Part shown: one piece after another, positions 17,800 to 27,654 of the stretch
How the letters are laid out: every line of letters begins with the position of its first letter
How positions within the stretch are numbered: the stretch's first letter is position 1
NCBI GenBank assembly: GCA_050304755.1
Contig: JBNLED010000252.1
Span: 2,210-66,209, forward strand
DNA length: 64,000 bases
DNA from: Polyangia bacterium
GTDB lineage: Bacteria > Myxococcota_A > Polyangia > JAAYKL01
Reading direction: 5' to 3'
Program-made: the position numbers and the translations under genes
Notes under the pieces: generated by a model
What the model saw: the letters and a program-made list of their open reading frames with translations, nothing else
Database searches by the model: none
What the model was told of the DNA's origin: nothing

Positions 17800-18924
17800 A
17801 TGCGGATACTCATCCTGAACTACGAATATCCGCCTCTGGGGGGTGGTGCGGGCGTGGCGCTCCGTTACCTCCTCTCGGGACTCTCCTCCCGAAAGGAGAT
17901 CCACGCGGATGTGGTGACCTCGTCGATGACGGGGGATCGGGTGGAGACGCCGGGAGACCGTATCGCCGTTCACTTCCTCGATATCGGAAAGACCGGATCC
18001 CCCCACTTCCAGACCAACAAGGATCTGCTCACCTACTCCGCGCGGGCCTATCTCTACGCGCGGCGGCTGCTCAGGAGACGGCGATATGACCTCTGCCACG
18101 CCTTCTTCGGTATCCCCTGCGGCTACCTGGCCATGCACCTCGGCATTCCTTACATCGTCTCCCTTCGCGGGAGCGACGTCCCCTTCTACAACCAGCGGTT
18201 CGAGCGGCTCGACCGTCTCTGGTTCAAGCGCCTGAGCCGGACCATCTGGCGGCGGGCGGCTCGGGTGGTGGCCAACTCCGAGGGGCTGCGGCGGCTGGCG
18301 GCACAGACCGCCCCGGACCAGGCCGTCGACGTCATCTACAACGCCGTGGATACAGATTTCTTTGCGCCGCGGAAGCGATCCAAGCGTCCCCGCGGACGCC
18401 CCCTGACCCTGATCTCCACGGGGCGGCTCATCGAACGGAAGGGATACCACTTTCTGCTGCGGGCCCTCGCGCGCATGGACGGGGTGAGGCTCCGTCTCAT
18501 CGGCGGGGGAAACCAGGAGGACGCCCTCGCCGCTCTGGCCGGCGAGCTCGGAGTTGACGTGGAGCTCCTCGGGCCCCAGCCCCGGTCGGCGGTTCGGGAA
18601 CTCCTCGTCGACGCGGATCTGTTCGTCATGCCCTCCCTCAATGAAGGGATGAGCAACGCGGTGCTGGAGGCCATGGCCTGCGGTCTCCCCGTCGTCGCCA
18701 CCGATGTGGGGGGGAGCCGGGAGCTCATCGACGGCAACGGGATCATCGTGGAGAGGGGGGAGCCCGCGCCCCTGGCCGAGGCGATTCGCGTCTACCTCTC
18801 GAACCGTGATCTTATTGGAAAGCATGGCGCGGCGTCCCGGCGCCGCGCGCTCTCGATGAGCGTGGCCGCGATGGCTGGCCGCTATGCCGACCTCTACGCG
18901 AGCCTGGGGGAACAGCGCCGATAG
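17800..18924 (+). CDS. GT4 family glycosyltransferase
   Basis: EYPPLGGGAG, GRLIERKG, EGMSNAVLEAMACGLPVVATDVGG. Confidence 0.92.
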   Translation: MRILILNYEYPPLGGGAGVALRYLLSGLSSRKEIHADVVTSSMTGDRVETPGDRIAVHFLDIGKTGSPHFQTNKDLLTYSARAYLYARRLLRRRRYDLCHAFFGIPCGYLAMHLGIPYIVSLRGSDVPFYNQRFERLDRLWFKRLSRTIWRRAARVVANSEGLRRLAAQTAPDQAVDVIYNAVDTDFFAPRKRSKRPRGRPLTLISTGRLIERKGYHFLLRALARMDGVRLRLIGGGNQEDALAALAGELGVDVELLGPQPRSAVRELLVDADLFVMPSLNEGMSNAVLEAMACGLPVVATDVGGSRELIDGNGIIVERGEPAPLAEAIRVYLSNRDLIGKHGAASRRRALSMSVAAMAGRYADLYASLGEQRR

Positions 18925-18947
18925 GTTCGCTTTGGGGGCGATGAACG

Positions 18948-19373
18948 CTACTTCTCGGTCTTCTCTTCCGGGGGCTTCTTGTCCGCCTTGGCCACCGCCT
19001 CTTCCGCCGCCGCGCCCTTGGCCTCGTTTTTCACCGCGTCCTCCGGCGCCGGGGGCTCCGCCGATCCTTCCGCCTTGGCGACGGCCTCACCGGCCTCACC
19101 CGCTGCCTCGGCGTCAGCCTCGTCTGCCGGGGCCGCCGGCGCCCGGGCCGCCGCGGATTGCGCAGCCGAATCCTCCAATGACTTGACCTTTTCGTCCAGC
19201 CGTTTGATGACGGTCTCGAGGGTCGACGCGTTGCTGGAGAGGGTCGCCTCCATCGTGTCGAAGCGGGTCACCATGATCATGTTGGTGTAGTAGAGCCCCG
19301 TGAACACGGATCCGACGATGACGATCAACGCGATCAGCTGATACGGATCCATTTTTTTCTTTCCTTCTGACAT
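18948..19373 (-). CDS. Hypothetical single-pass membrane protein with coiled coil and Ala/Glu-rich tail
   Basis: N-terminal TM helix, heptad-like segment, RBS AAGGAGG. Confidence 0.7.
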   Translation of the reverse strand: MSEGKKKMDPYQLIALIVIVGSVFTGLYYTNMIMVTRFDTMEATLSSNASTLETVIKRLDEKVKSLEDSAAQSAAARAPAAPADEADAEAAGEAGEAVAKAEGSAEPPAPEDAVKNEAKGAAAEEAVAKADKKPPEEKTEK

Positions 19374-19549
19374 AACGTTTTCCTCCTTGTTTTCCCCCTG
19401 TTTTTTTCGAAGCGATTTACCCGCTGACGGGTGATGTCGGGCTTATATCGGGCTTATATTAGATAGTCTTGAAACGCTGGTTATTATGCGCGATACGGGG
19501 GGGTGTGCAAAAAAAAAATGGAATTACGGAGAGGAATCATGGGAATCGC

Positions 19550-20347
19550 TCAGGGGAACCTCCCCTGGAGGCCGATGCCGCCGGTGAACTCGAGGCGGAA
19601 CTCGGAGATGAAGGAGATATTGGGGGAGACCTGGGCGAACGCGGCGAACCAGGGATAGATATCGAAGTGCGCCGCGATGGGGACATGGATGACGAAGTCC
19701 GGACGGAGGTCGATGTCGCCGCGGTTGGAGAAGTCGAAGAGCGGGGCGACGCCGAAGGCCAGCTTGAAGAGTCCCTCCTTCGGGGTGTAAATCTTGATAC
19801 CGGCGCCCACCTGCCGGACCTTGGGTTGGTTCCTCAACCCGTTCCCGGAGGGCTGCTCCAGCCCCAGTCTGAAGATAGCGAAGAGCTCGAATCCGGGCTT
19901 CAGGCCGTAGCCCGCCAGCATGTCCAGATGCCAGCCGGAGCGTCCGGAGCAGAGGGGCTCGCCCTGCTCCGGCTCCTCCTTGTCATCGGCGCACCGCTTA
20001 TCCGGATCGTCCTTGTCATACGGGGCGACCATGAAGTATCCCGTGCCGCCGAGGATGCTCATGAACCCCTGGCGTTTGTGATCCCGCTTGCGGCCGCCCC
20101 ACTTCTCCTCGCCCTCCGGTGTCGCTTCATCCTTCTTTGCGGCGTCCTCCCCGTCGGCGGGCTCGTCGGCGTCGTCGGGAAACGCCTCCTCGCCCTCGAC
20201 TTCGGGGGATTCCCCTTCGGCATCTGCCGTCGGCGATGTCTCATCCTCCGGTGCTGTTTCGTCCGCCGACGCTCCGACACTTCCCGTGAGGAGCCACAGC
20301 CCGGCGGCGATTTCGAGCAGGGTCGTCCGAACCGTTTTCACCTTCAT
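19550..20347 (-). CDS. Putative outer-membrane beta-barrel protein
   Basis: Signal peptide, acidic linker, alternating beta-strand pattern, C-terminal GGIGLQGRFP. Confidence 0.65.
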   Translation of the reverse strand: MKVKTVRTTLLEIAAGLWLLTGSVGASADETAPEDETSPTADAEGESPEVEGEEAFPDDADEPADGEDAAKKDEATPEGEEKWGGRKRDHKRQGFMSILGGTGYFMVAPYDKDDPDKRCADDKEEPEQGEPLCSGRSGWHLDMLAGYGLKPGFELFAIFRLGLEQPSGNGLRNQPKVRQVGAGIKIYTPKEGLFKLAFGVAPLFDFSNRGDIDLRPDFVIHVPIAAHFDIYPWFAAFAQVSPNISFISEFRLEFTGGIGLQGRFP

Positions 20348-20424
20348 CGCAGCCTCCCTTGCCAAAATCTCTATGTTGAAATAAACACTGTTCCCTAGTG
20401 CCGAATCATATAGGATCATACCCC

Positions 20425-21192
20425 ATGCAGGCAAACCGACGAGCTTTTCTCAGGAACACCGGCTTGGCCGCCTTGGGGCTGGCCCTCCCCGGGAGGCTCA
20501 TGGCGGTTGGGGCGGCTTCTCAGGTTCAGATCCTCCAGCTCGTCTACCCCGGGGGAAACTGGCGTCCCCGGGCGACGGCGCTCAGGCGGCTGCTTTGGGA
20601 GGTTCACAAACGAACGGCGGTGAACGCAGCGCTGGAGCCGCTGGATATCAAGCCCACCACCTGGGCGTTCGCCAAGAGCCCCCTCGCCTACATGAGCGGC
20701 GATCGGCCCTTCTCCGACTGGAGCAAGCAGTCCGTTCAGGCCCTCTCCCGATTTCTCCAGCTCGGGGGAATGCTCATCGTCGATCCCGCCCACACCCCCG
20801 ACGGAAACCCCGCGGGGTTCGAGGCCTCCGTAAAGAAGCTCCTGCTCGCCGCGCTGCCCGACGTCACCCCCAAGCCGCTCCCGAAGCGGCATGTGCTCTA
20901 TCGCTCTTTCTACCAGATCGAACGTCCCGTCGGGCGGATCACGGGACCGGACTTCCTGACGGGCTACAGCGTGGACGATCGGTGCCAGGTGGTGCTCACC
21001 CATCACGATCTCGGGGGCGCCTTCGCCAGAGACAACCTGGGCAACTGGGAGTACATCGTGGAGCCGGGGGGCGAGCGTCAGCGGGAGAAGGCGTTCCGGC
21101 TGGGGGTGAACCTGGTGCTCTACGCGCTCTGTCTGGACTACAAGAACGAGGAACCCCACCGGCGGTTCGGCCGGGAAATCAAAGAGGGCTGA
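20425..21192 (+). CDS. DUF4159 domain protein, Tat-exported
   Basis: NRRAFL twin-arginine signal; LGGMLIVD, HVLYRSFY, AFRLGVNLVLYALCLDYK. Confidence 0.85.
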   Translation: MQANRRAFLRNTGLAALGLALPGRLMAVGAASQVQILQLVYPGGNWRPRATALRRLLWEVHKRTAVNAALEPLDIKPTTWAFAKSPLAYMSGDRPFSDWSKQSVQALSRFLQLGGMLIVDPAHTPDGNPAGFEASVKKLLLAALPDVTPKPLPKRHVLYRSFYQIERPVGRITGPDFLTGYSVDDRCQVVLTHHDLGGAFARDNLGNWEYIVEPGGERQREKAFRLGVNLVLYALCLDYKNEEPHRRFGREIKEG

Positions 21193-21196
21193 GACG

Positions 21197-23488
21197 ATGG
21201 AAGACGCGGCCGCACAGGCGCCGAATACGCAGAGCGAGTGGCAGATTACGGCCCTGTCCAACCTCGACCTGGTGGTGCTGATCGCGTTGGCGTTGGCCGC
21301 GGTGGGGCTCGCCCTGTGGACCTGGCGCTCCTTGGATCCGGCCTTCTCGCGGGGACGTAAGGTGACCCTCCTGATGCTCCGGATCGCCGCCATTGTCGTC
21401 TGCTTCGGCATCCTCCTCCAGCCCACGTTGCACAAGCGAGAGCTCCGGGCCGAGCCCGCGCACCTGGCGATCCTCGTGGACACCTCCCCGTCGATGGCGC
21501 AGGGCGGGGACAACACGCGGCTCCTCCGCGCCAAGCGGATGCTCAAGACCGCGGGGCCGGCGATCGCGCGGCTCGAGAAGCGCTATCGGATCGACTGGTA
21601 CGGCTTCTCCGACGGCCTGGTCCCGGTGGCGTCGCCGGAGGCCCTCGGGGCGGGGGAGGGCAAGCACCGGAAGACCGATATCCGGGGGGCGCTCCAGGCG
21701 CTGATGGCAGGCGCCAAGAAGGTCCCCATCGACGGCGTGGTGCTCATCAGTGACGGGGCGGACACGGAGCTGGTCCCCCAGGCGGACGGCGAGTCGGACC
21801 TGACCTGGGCGGAGGCCTTCGGCGTCCCGATCAATACCATCGCAGTCGGGGACGCGCCTGACCGCGTCGAGCTCGCCATCACCCATGTGGAGGCGGCCCC
21901 CTTCGCGTTCACCCGGAGCGACACCCCCATCACGGTCCGCCTGAGAAGCGTCGGCCTGGAGGACCGCCGGGTGGAGGCCTTCCTCAAGCAGGACGGGACC
22001 GTGGTGCAGCGCCGGGAGGTGCAGCTGGTGGGGGGACGGGGGCAGCTCACCTTCACGGCCCTGCCCACGGCCCTCGGGCAGCAGGTGATGGAGGTCTCCG
22101 TCCCGGTGCCCGAGGGCGACGAGGTGCCCGAGAACAACCTGCAGCACCTCACCTTCGAGGTCATTCGGGACAAGTTCCGCATCCTCCACCTCGCCGGCCG
22201 GCCCTCGTGGGACCAGCGGTTCCTCCGGGACGCGCTCAAGTCATGGCCCCGGGTGGACCTCGTCTCCTTCTACGTGCTACGCACCGGCTACCAGTCGGCC
22301 ACCGAGGGATCCGCCGGAATGGCGCTCATCCCGTTTCCCACCGATGACCTCTTCAAGGATCACCTCGGGGAGTTCGACATCCTGATCTTCCATGAGTTCG
22401 AGCCCGCCGAGGTAGGGGTCGAGGCGTACGCGGGGAAGATCGCGGAGTTCGTCAGGGACGGCGGCGCCCTGGTCCTCATCGGCGGCGAGAAGGGACTCAA
22501 AGGTGGAACCATGGGGGGGCCCGCCCTGGAGGCGATCTTTCCCGTGGAGCTCCTGTCCGCGGGGACTCCGGCCTCCCGGATGAGCGACTCGGGACAGTTC
22601 CGGGCCAAGCTCACCGAGGACGGCGCGAACCACCCCATCACCCGGCTCTATCCCGATGACGAGAGGAACCGCCAGGTCTGGCGTTCCCTCACGCGGCTGG
22701 ACGGCCAGGGGCGCATCGCGGGGCTCGCGGAGGGGGCCCACTCCCTGTTGGAGAACCCCTTCCTCCTGGCGGACGACGGGCCGACACCGGTGGTCGCCGT
22801 CAAGGAGGTGGAGAAGGGGCGCACCCTCGCCATCACCACCGACTCCCTGTGGCGTTGGCGTTTCTCCGGACCGGTGACCGGCGGGCCGGCGGACCTGTAC
22901 ACCGACTTCTGGCGCAAGACCATCGCCTGGCTCACCCGCGCCCCGGACCTGAAGCGCCTCCGGGTCAAGGTCAGCCCCGCGCCGCTCACCATCGGCGACG
23001 CCGCTGATATCGATGTGGAGCTCCTCGATGAGTCCTACCGCCCCCTCGGCGGACAGCCCATCACCTCCCGTATCTCCTGGATCGGTGAGGACGGCGCGGA
23101 GGGCGGCGTCTCCTTTGATGCCAAGGTTGATCGGGACGGCCGCTACCGCCATGAGTGGCGGCCGACGGTGGAGGGGGCGCACTCGATCACCGTCACCGCC
23201 GATAACGGGCTGACCAATACCCAGCGGTTCCTGGTGGTGACCGATGACCGGGAGCGCCATCACCTCGACCTCCAGGAGTCCCTCCTCAGGGAGCTCGCCG
23301 AGACCACCGATGGCGATTTCAAACGAAACCTTTTCGATGATAAAGGTCTCGCCATGAGCAGCGCCAAGGGCCGCGAGGTGGTCTCCCAGCTCGCCCTCAC
23401 GCTGTGGGATCACCCCGCATTCATCGGCCTCTTCCTGCTGTTCGTCTTCGCCGAATGGCTCATGAGGCGCCGCATGGGCATGGATTGA
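21197..23488 (+). CDS. Membrane protein with VWA and glutamine-amidotransferase-like domains (BatA/DUF4159-associated)
   Basis: N-terminal TMs, VDTSPSM MIDAS motif, LISDG, ENN, FVRDGGALVLIGG, DSLWRW, C-terminal EWLMRRRMG. Confidence 0.85.
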   Translation: MEDAAAQAPNTQSEWQITALSNLDLVVLIALALAAVGLALWTWRSLDPAFSRGRKVTLLMLRIAAIVVCFGILLQPTLHKRELRAEPAHLAILVDTSPSMAQGGDNTRLLRAKRMLKTAGPAIARLEKRYRIDWYGFSDGLVPVASPEALGAGEGKHRKTDIRGALQALMAGAKKVPIDGVVLISDGADTELVPQADGESDLTWAEAFGVPINTIAVGDAPDRVELAITHVEAAPFAFTRSDTPITVRLRSVGLEDRRVEAFLKQDGTVVQRREVQLVGGRGQLTFTALPTALGQQVMEVSVPVPEGDEVPENNLQHLTFEVIRDKFRILHLAGRPSWDQRFLRDALKSWPRVDLVSFYVLRTGYQSATEGSAGMALIPFPTDDLFKDHLGEFDILIFHEFEPAEVGVEAYAGKIAEFVRDGGALVLIGGEKGLKGGTMGGPALEAIFPVELLSAGTPASRMSDSGQFRAKLTEDGANHPITRLYPDDERNRQVWRSLTRLDGQGRIAGLAEGAHSLLENPFLLADDGPTPVVAVKEVEKGRTLAITTDSLWRWRFSGPVTGGPADLYTDFWRKTIAWLTRAPDLKRLRVKVSPAPLTIGDAADIDVELLDESYRPLGGQPITSRISWIGEDGAEGGVSFDAKVDRDGRYRHEWRPTVEGAHSITVTADNGLTNTQRFLVVTDDRERHHLDLQESLLRELAETTDGDFKRNLFDDKGLAMSSAKGREVVSQLALTLWDHPAFIGLFLLFVFAEWLMRRRMGMD

Positions 23489-24091
23489 GAGGGCGTGATT
23501 CAACCGAATACTGTCGGGTAGGCGTCCCCCCTTTTTCAAAGGGTGAATTGGGATTCTTCAACCGACTCTGAACAATCGACAAGGCAACCCACAGCTACAT
23601 TTGGCGACTTTTTACTTTTGAAACGAAGCCTTTGGATTGGCCCTGCCCTCGAGAATTATCCCGTTCGACTCCACAGCTTCGAGTTCAATATCAATCACCC
23701 CCAATCCGGAGCTCGCCAAAGAATACAAAGAATCTTGGAGAGAGTTCCTCGGTCGATACATCACGGCATCCGCTGATTATCGCAACGGGAACTTCGAGAG
23801 AGCGTTTCCAGATGGGAGCTGCCGCCCGCCGCTGATGTCGATATACACCGCCTCCGAACCGTAGCTGCGCCAGTAAACATCAACCATCAACCCGCCCACC
23901 GTTATTCCGGACGCTCCGAGTCCCAATGTACCCGTCTGCCTCATTTACGACTCATTTCATCAGATAGACCGCAAACGACATTACTGACTCGAATCTGTCC
24001 TGGAAATCATGCTGGACAGTCTCTTTCTTCAGTGTATTTGATGGAAAACCGTTTGGCGTGATTGGAATTTTGCAAATGGTCCAGTTTGGCA

Positions 24092-24123
24092 TTGTAGAGA
24101 CTTTCAGGCTCTCTGAGACCCTT
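24092..24123. repeat. 32-bp direct repeat, copy 1
   Basis: TTGTAGAGACTTTCAGGCTCTCTGAGACCCTT, identical to 25736-25767. Confidence 0.9.
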
Positions 24124-24193
24124 ACCCCCCGAAGTCGGCCCTCAGGACTACGTGTACATCGACGCCAACGCCCTCGACTGGCCGGCCACAACC

Positions 24194-25543
24194 TCAGTCA
24201 AAGAACCATATGGGGCATCTGTCGGCGATCCAGCTCAACGCCGCGGGCTCGCTATCGATATTGATCAGACTCTTGATGATGATTTGCGGGAGCGTGTCGT
24301 TGTTCACGTCCTTGCCGAGGACCCCTCCCATCTGGTAGCCGATGCGCAGGGTGTTTAGGTGTCCATTGCCGTTCCACAACAGCGAGCGGTTGCGCAGCAC
24401 GAACCGCTCGAGGATCTTCAGGATTTTGATCGTTACAATGTCTCTGATTTTCTCTATGTTCGTGCGGTTTCCGTGGAGCATCTCGTTAAGGATCTCAATC
24501 TTGCGGGGATCAGATGACATTATGGTGTTCCCGCTCTGACTCAGTTGTTCCTCGCAGATCCCCGTCACCAGCGCCCTGAAAAATCTCAGACCATAGTCGA
24601 GCTTAGCTATCCTCGCCATTCCACCGGCGAACTCGGTCATGCTACAGGATAGCGCGCTGGCGATCTTGGGCTCGAGATAGGCGGTGTCGAATCCTTCTTG
24701 TATATCCGGATAGTGCTCAGTCGAGCTGATGAGCAGCCGTTTGATGCGCTGAATCGCCTGATCCGTCTTGGCGGCATATGTGATCAGGCCGGCCTTCAAG
24801 CGCTCGCGTTCGCCCTCGGCCGTTTTCAGGCTCTGCACGAGCACTCTCCAGTCATCGAGAATCCTGTCGATCGTCTCCTTCTTCAACTGATTTGGACCGT
24901 CGCTCCCGGGAGTGACGCTCCCCGCGATGTCGATAAGATTGCACAAGCAGACAAAGACGAAGTTCTTGAGGACGCCCTTTATCGTGCTCAGATTGCTTGA
25001 GTAGTACGGGACGTCGGCAAAAATCGGCAGCGATGCTTCACCCGTCTGTACGACACCGAACTTGTCGTGATGGAATACGACTGAACAGAGGGAGGCAAAG
25101 TATTCGCGTCCGATGATGCTCTCCAGGCGCCCTGCGTCCGTGCCGGAAAAATCGCGGATTAGGTAGAGGCCGATCTGCGGGTGGTTGTCGATTTCGATAT
25201 ACTTACCGATGTCGTGAAAAAGAGCGGCCAGCTTGAAGAACTCTCGGTCGTTCTCGGCCAAATAGGAATCGCAGGTGATTTCTTGTACGGCATCTATCAA
25301 GGCCAGTTTCGTGTCCTGCCCTCCGGATACAATTTCGCTTCTATCCCCGCTCAGGAGCTGATCGGCGAATTTCATGACATAGGCCAGATGGCGATGCAGG
25401 ACGGCGTTTTGAGAGTCTGTGTAGATGGCGGTCAGGTACCGCTTGAAGGGCATGTCTTTGATCCGGACCGTGGGCATCTGACCGGAAGGGGCGGAACACT
25501 CGTAAAAATCACTGGCATTAATAACAACGGCATTTCTTGGCAT
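24194..25543 (-). CDS. HD-domain phosphohydrolase-like protein of unknown function
   Basis: H...ALFHDIGK...HPQIG...HHD...D metal-binding pattern; RBS AAGGAGAG upstream of ATG 25543. Confidence 0.75.
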   Translation of the reverse strand: MPRNAVVINASDFYECSAPSGQMPTVRIKDMPFKRYLTAIYTDSQNAVLHRHLAYVMKFADQLLSGDRSEIVSGGQDTKLALIDAVQEITCDSYLAENDREFFKLAALFHDIGKYIEIDNHPQIGLYLIRDFSGTDAGRLESIIGREYFASLCSVVFHHDKFGVVQTGEASLPIFADVPYYSSNLSTIKGVLKNFVFVCLCNLIDIAGSVTPGSDGPNQLKKETIDRILDDWRVLVQSLKTAEGERERLKAGLITYAAKTDQAIQRIKRLLISSTEHYPDIQEGFDTAYLEPKIASALSCSMTEFAGGMARIAKLDYGLRFFRALVTGICEEQLSQSGNTIMSSDPRKIEILNEMLHGNRTNIEKIRDIVTIKILKILERFVLRNRSLLWNGNGHLNTLRIGYQMGGVLGKDVNNDTLPQIIIKSLINIDSEPAALSWIADRCPIWFFD

Positions 25544-25735
25544 GCAACTCTCCTTGATTGTGTTTGTCGCGGCGAAGCTTATCACAGCGAAGTTGTGTGG
25601 TGTAGCTCTTGTTTGCGCGTCGGAGAGTCGCTTCGACCACCTCATCGGGGCAAACGGGGTCATCGATAGAGCGGCCGTATCGGTCAAGGGGACGTAGTAG
25701 AGGGGGAGAGACAGGACGGACATGAAATGTGATTC

Positions 25736-25767
25736 TTGTAGAGACTTTCAGGCTCTCTGAGACCCTT
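25736..25767. repeat. 32-bp direct repeat, copy 2
   Basis: Identical to 24092-24123; both copies are followed by a C-run. Confidence 0.9.
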
Positions 25768-26039
25768 CCCCCCCCTGGAGATGCTCGTCTTTCGAGAGCA
25801 TCGCGGCAGCCGAATACAATGGGCTCCATGCAAGCGGAGCCCTCGCAGCCTGCGCAACGACCCGTGTTTCTCGTATCAGCCGAAATGTGGGAGAAAGGAA
25901 GCGTCCCCTCCCGCCCAAGCTCGAGGTCCACCTCGAGCGAAACAGCCCCTGGGGGTCTTCTTCGCCGAATGGCTCATGAGGCGCCGCATGAGCATGGATT
26001 GAGAGGGCGTGATTCCCCCGAAGCTTCAACCGCCCCCAA

Positions 26040-27494
26040 GTGGACGGCCCACCTGAATTCGGCTACATCAATTGGATGGACGCGGTCAGCGAAAGCATCG
26101 GGGCGGTGCTGGGGTGGTACAACGAGTATGTCGGCACCTACGCGCTGATGATCCTGCTGGTGCCGGTGGGCATCATGTTCACGGTGATGCTGAGGGGGGT
26201 GCAGCTCACCCGGCTCCGGCACGCGGTGGATATCGTCCGGGGCAGGTACGACAATCCGGACGATACGGGGGACATCAACCACTTCCAGGCCCTCTCGGCG
26301 GCCCTTTCGGCCACGGTGGGGACGGGCAACATCGCCGGGGTGGCGCTGGCCATCTACTTCGGCGGACCCGGCGCGGTGTTCTGGCTCTGGGTCACCGGGT
26401 TCTTCGGGATGGCCACGAAGTTCGCCGAGTGTACCCTGGCCCAACGGTATCGCGAGGTTCACGAGGACGGCTCGGTGTCGGGCGGTCCCATGTACTACAT
26501 CGAGCGGGGGTGCAAGAAGACCCTCGGTCGCGCCGCCAAGCCCCTGGCGGTCATCTGCGCGGGCTCGGGGATCCTCTGCTCCATCGGCACCGGGAACATG
26601 GCCCAGAGCAACTCCATGGCCGACGCCCTGCACCAGTTCACCCTCCCCGTCGCCGGCGGATTCCATATCCCCCACTGGGCCGCCGGGCTGGTCCTCGCCT
26701 TCCTTGTGTGGCTGGTGGTGGTGGGCGGCATCAAGCGCATCGGCACGGTGGCGGAGAAGATGGTGCCCCTGATGTCCGCGATTTACGTGACCGGCGCGGT
26801 GGTGGTCATCGCCCTCAACCTCGATGAGGTGCCCCACATGTTCGCCCTCATCTTCGAGGGTGCCTTCACCGGCACCGGCGCCACCGGCGGGTTCATGGGG
26901 GCGTCCTTCCTCCTCGCCATGCGCTACGGCATCGCCCGGGGGATCTTCAGCAACGAGGCCGGGCAGGGCTCGGCCCCCATCGCCCACGCTGCGGCCAAGA
27001 CCGAGTACCCGGTGCGGGAGGGGCTGGTGGCCCTCATGGAGCCCCTCATCGATACCCTCATCATTTGTACCCTCACCGCACTCGTCATCCTCTCCACCGG
27101 GGAGTGGACCTCGGGGGAGAAGGGCGCCGCCATGACCTACCGGGCGTTCCAATCCGGCCTCGATGTCCGAATCGGCGCCGTTGAGCTCGGCGGGGCGGTG
27201 GTCTCCGTCGGCCTCCTGCTCTTCGCCTTCACCACGGCCATCTCCTGGTCCTACTACGGCGAGCGCTGCATGGTCTACTTGTGGGGCCGCAGGTATATCC
27301 CCCACTACCGCTACGTCTACTGCTTCTTTGTCTTCGTCGGCGCCGTCTGGGCCAAGGATCTGGTGTGGCAGTTCGTGGACACCGCCATCACTCTGATGGC
27401 CGTCCCGAACCTCCTGGCCCTCATCCTCCTCGCCCCGGTGGTCAAGAAGATGACCGAGGAGTACTTTTCCATTGATCACCGGCCCACGCGGTAG
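26040..27494 (+). CDS. Alanine/glycine:cation symporter (AGCS family)
   Basis: FQALSAALSATVGTGNIAGVA, GGPGAVFW, GGPMYY, RGIFSNEAGQGSAPIAHA; exact start uncertain. Confidence 0.93.
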   Translation: MDGPPEFGYINWMDAVSESIGAVLGWYNEYVGTYALMILLVPVGIMFTVMLRGVQLTRLRHAVDIVRGRYDNPDDTGDINHFQALSAALSATVGTGNIAGVALAIYFGGPGAVFWLWVTGFFGMATKFAECTLAQRYREVHEDGSVSGGPMYYIERGCKKTLGRAAKPLAVICAGSGILCSIGTGNMAQSNSMADALHQFTLPVAGGFHIPHWAAGLVLAFLVWLVVVGGIKRIGTVAEKMVPLMSAIYVTGAVVVIALNLDEVPHMFALIFEGAFTGTGATGGFMGASFLLAMRYGIARGIFSNEAGQGSAPIAHAAAKTEYPVREGLVALMEPLIDTLIICTLTALVILSTGEWTSGEKGAAMTYRAFQSGLDVRIGAVELGGAVVSVGLLLFAFTTAISWSYYGERCMVYLWGRRYIPHYRYVYCFFVFVGAVWAKDLVWQFVDTAITLMAVPNLLALILLAPVVKKMTEEYFSIDHRPTR

Positions 27495-27654
27495 CGCTCT
27501 TTTTTATAAAGCGTTTGTGCGCCGGTTGCGGGCGCGAGATTTTGCATCACACTGATGTCGTTTCATTGCGAAGGGGGGCATCGGAACAGCCCCGAGACAA
27601 CGGATACGCTGATTTATGCCACCGGCAAGGGCCGCGTGGAGAGAGGAGACGACC

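Larger units (their letters stand above)
23445..26015. mobile_element. Small integrase-less genomic island with att-like 57-bp direct repeats
   Basis: 23445-23501 and 25959-26015 match at 56/57 positions and duplicate the 3' end and stop codon of the VWA gene; the interior looks lower in GC (not computed). Confidence 0.8.

Noticed and set aside
24092-25767. 32-bp repeats as a minimal CRISPR
   Set aside because: Only two copies, 1.6 kb apart, with a gene between them
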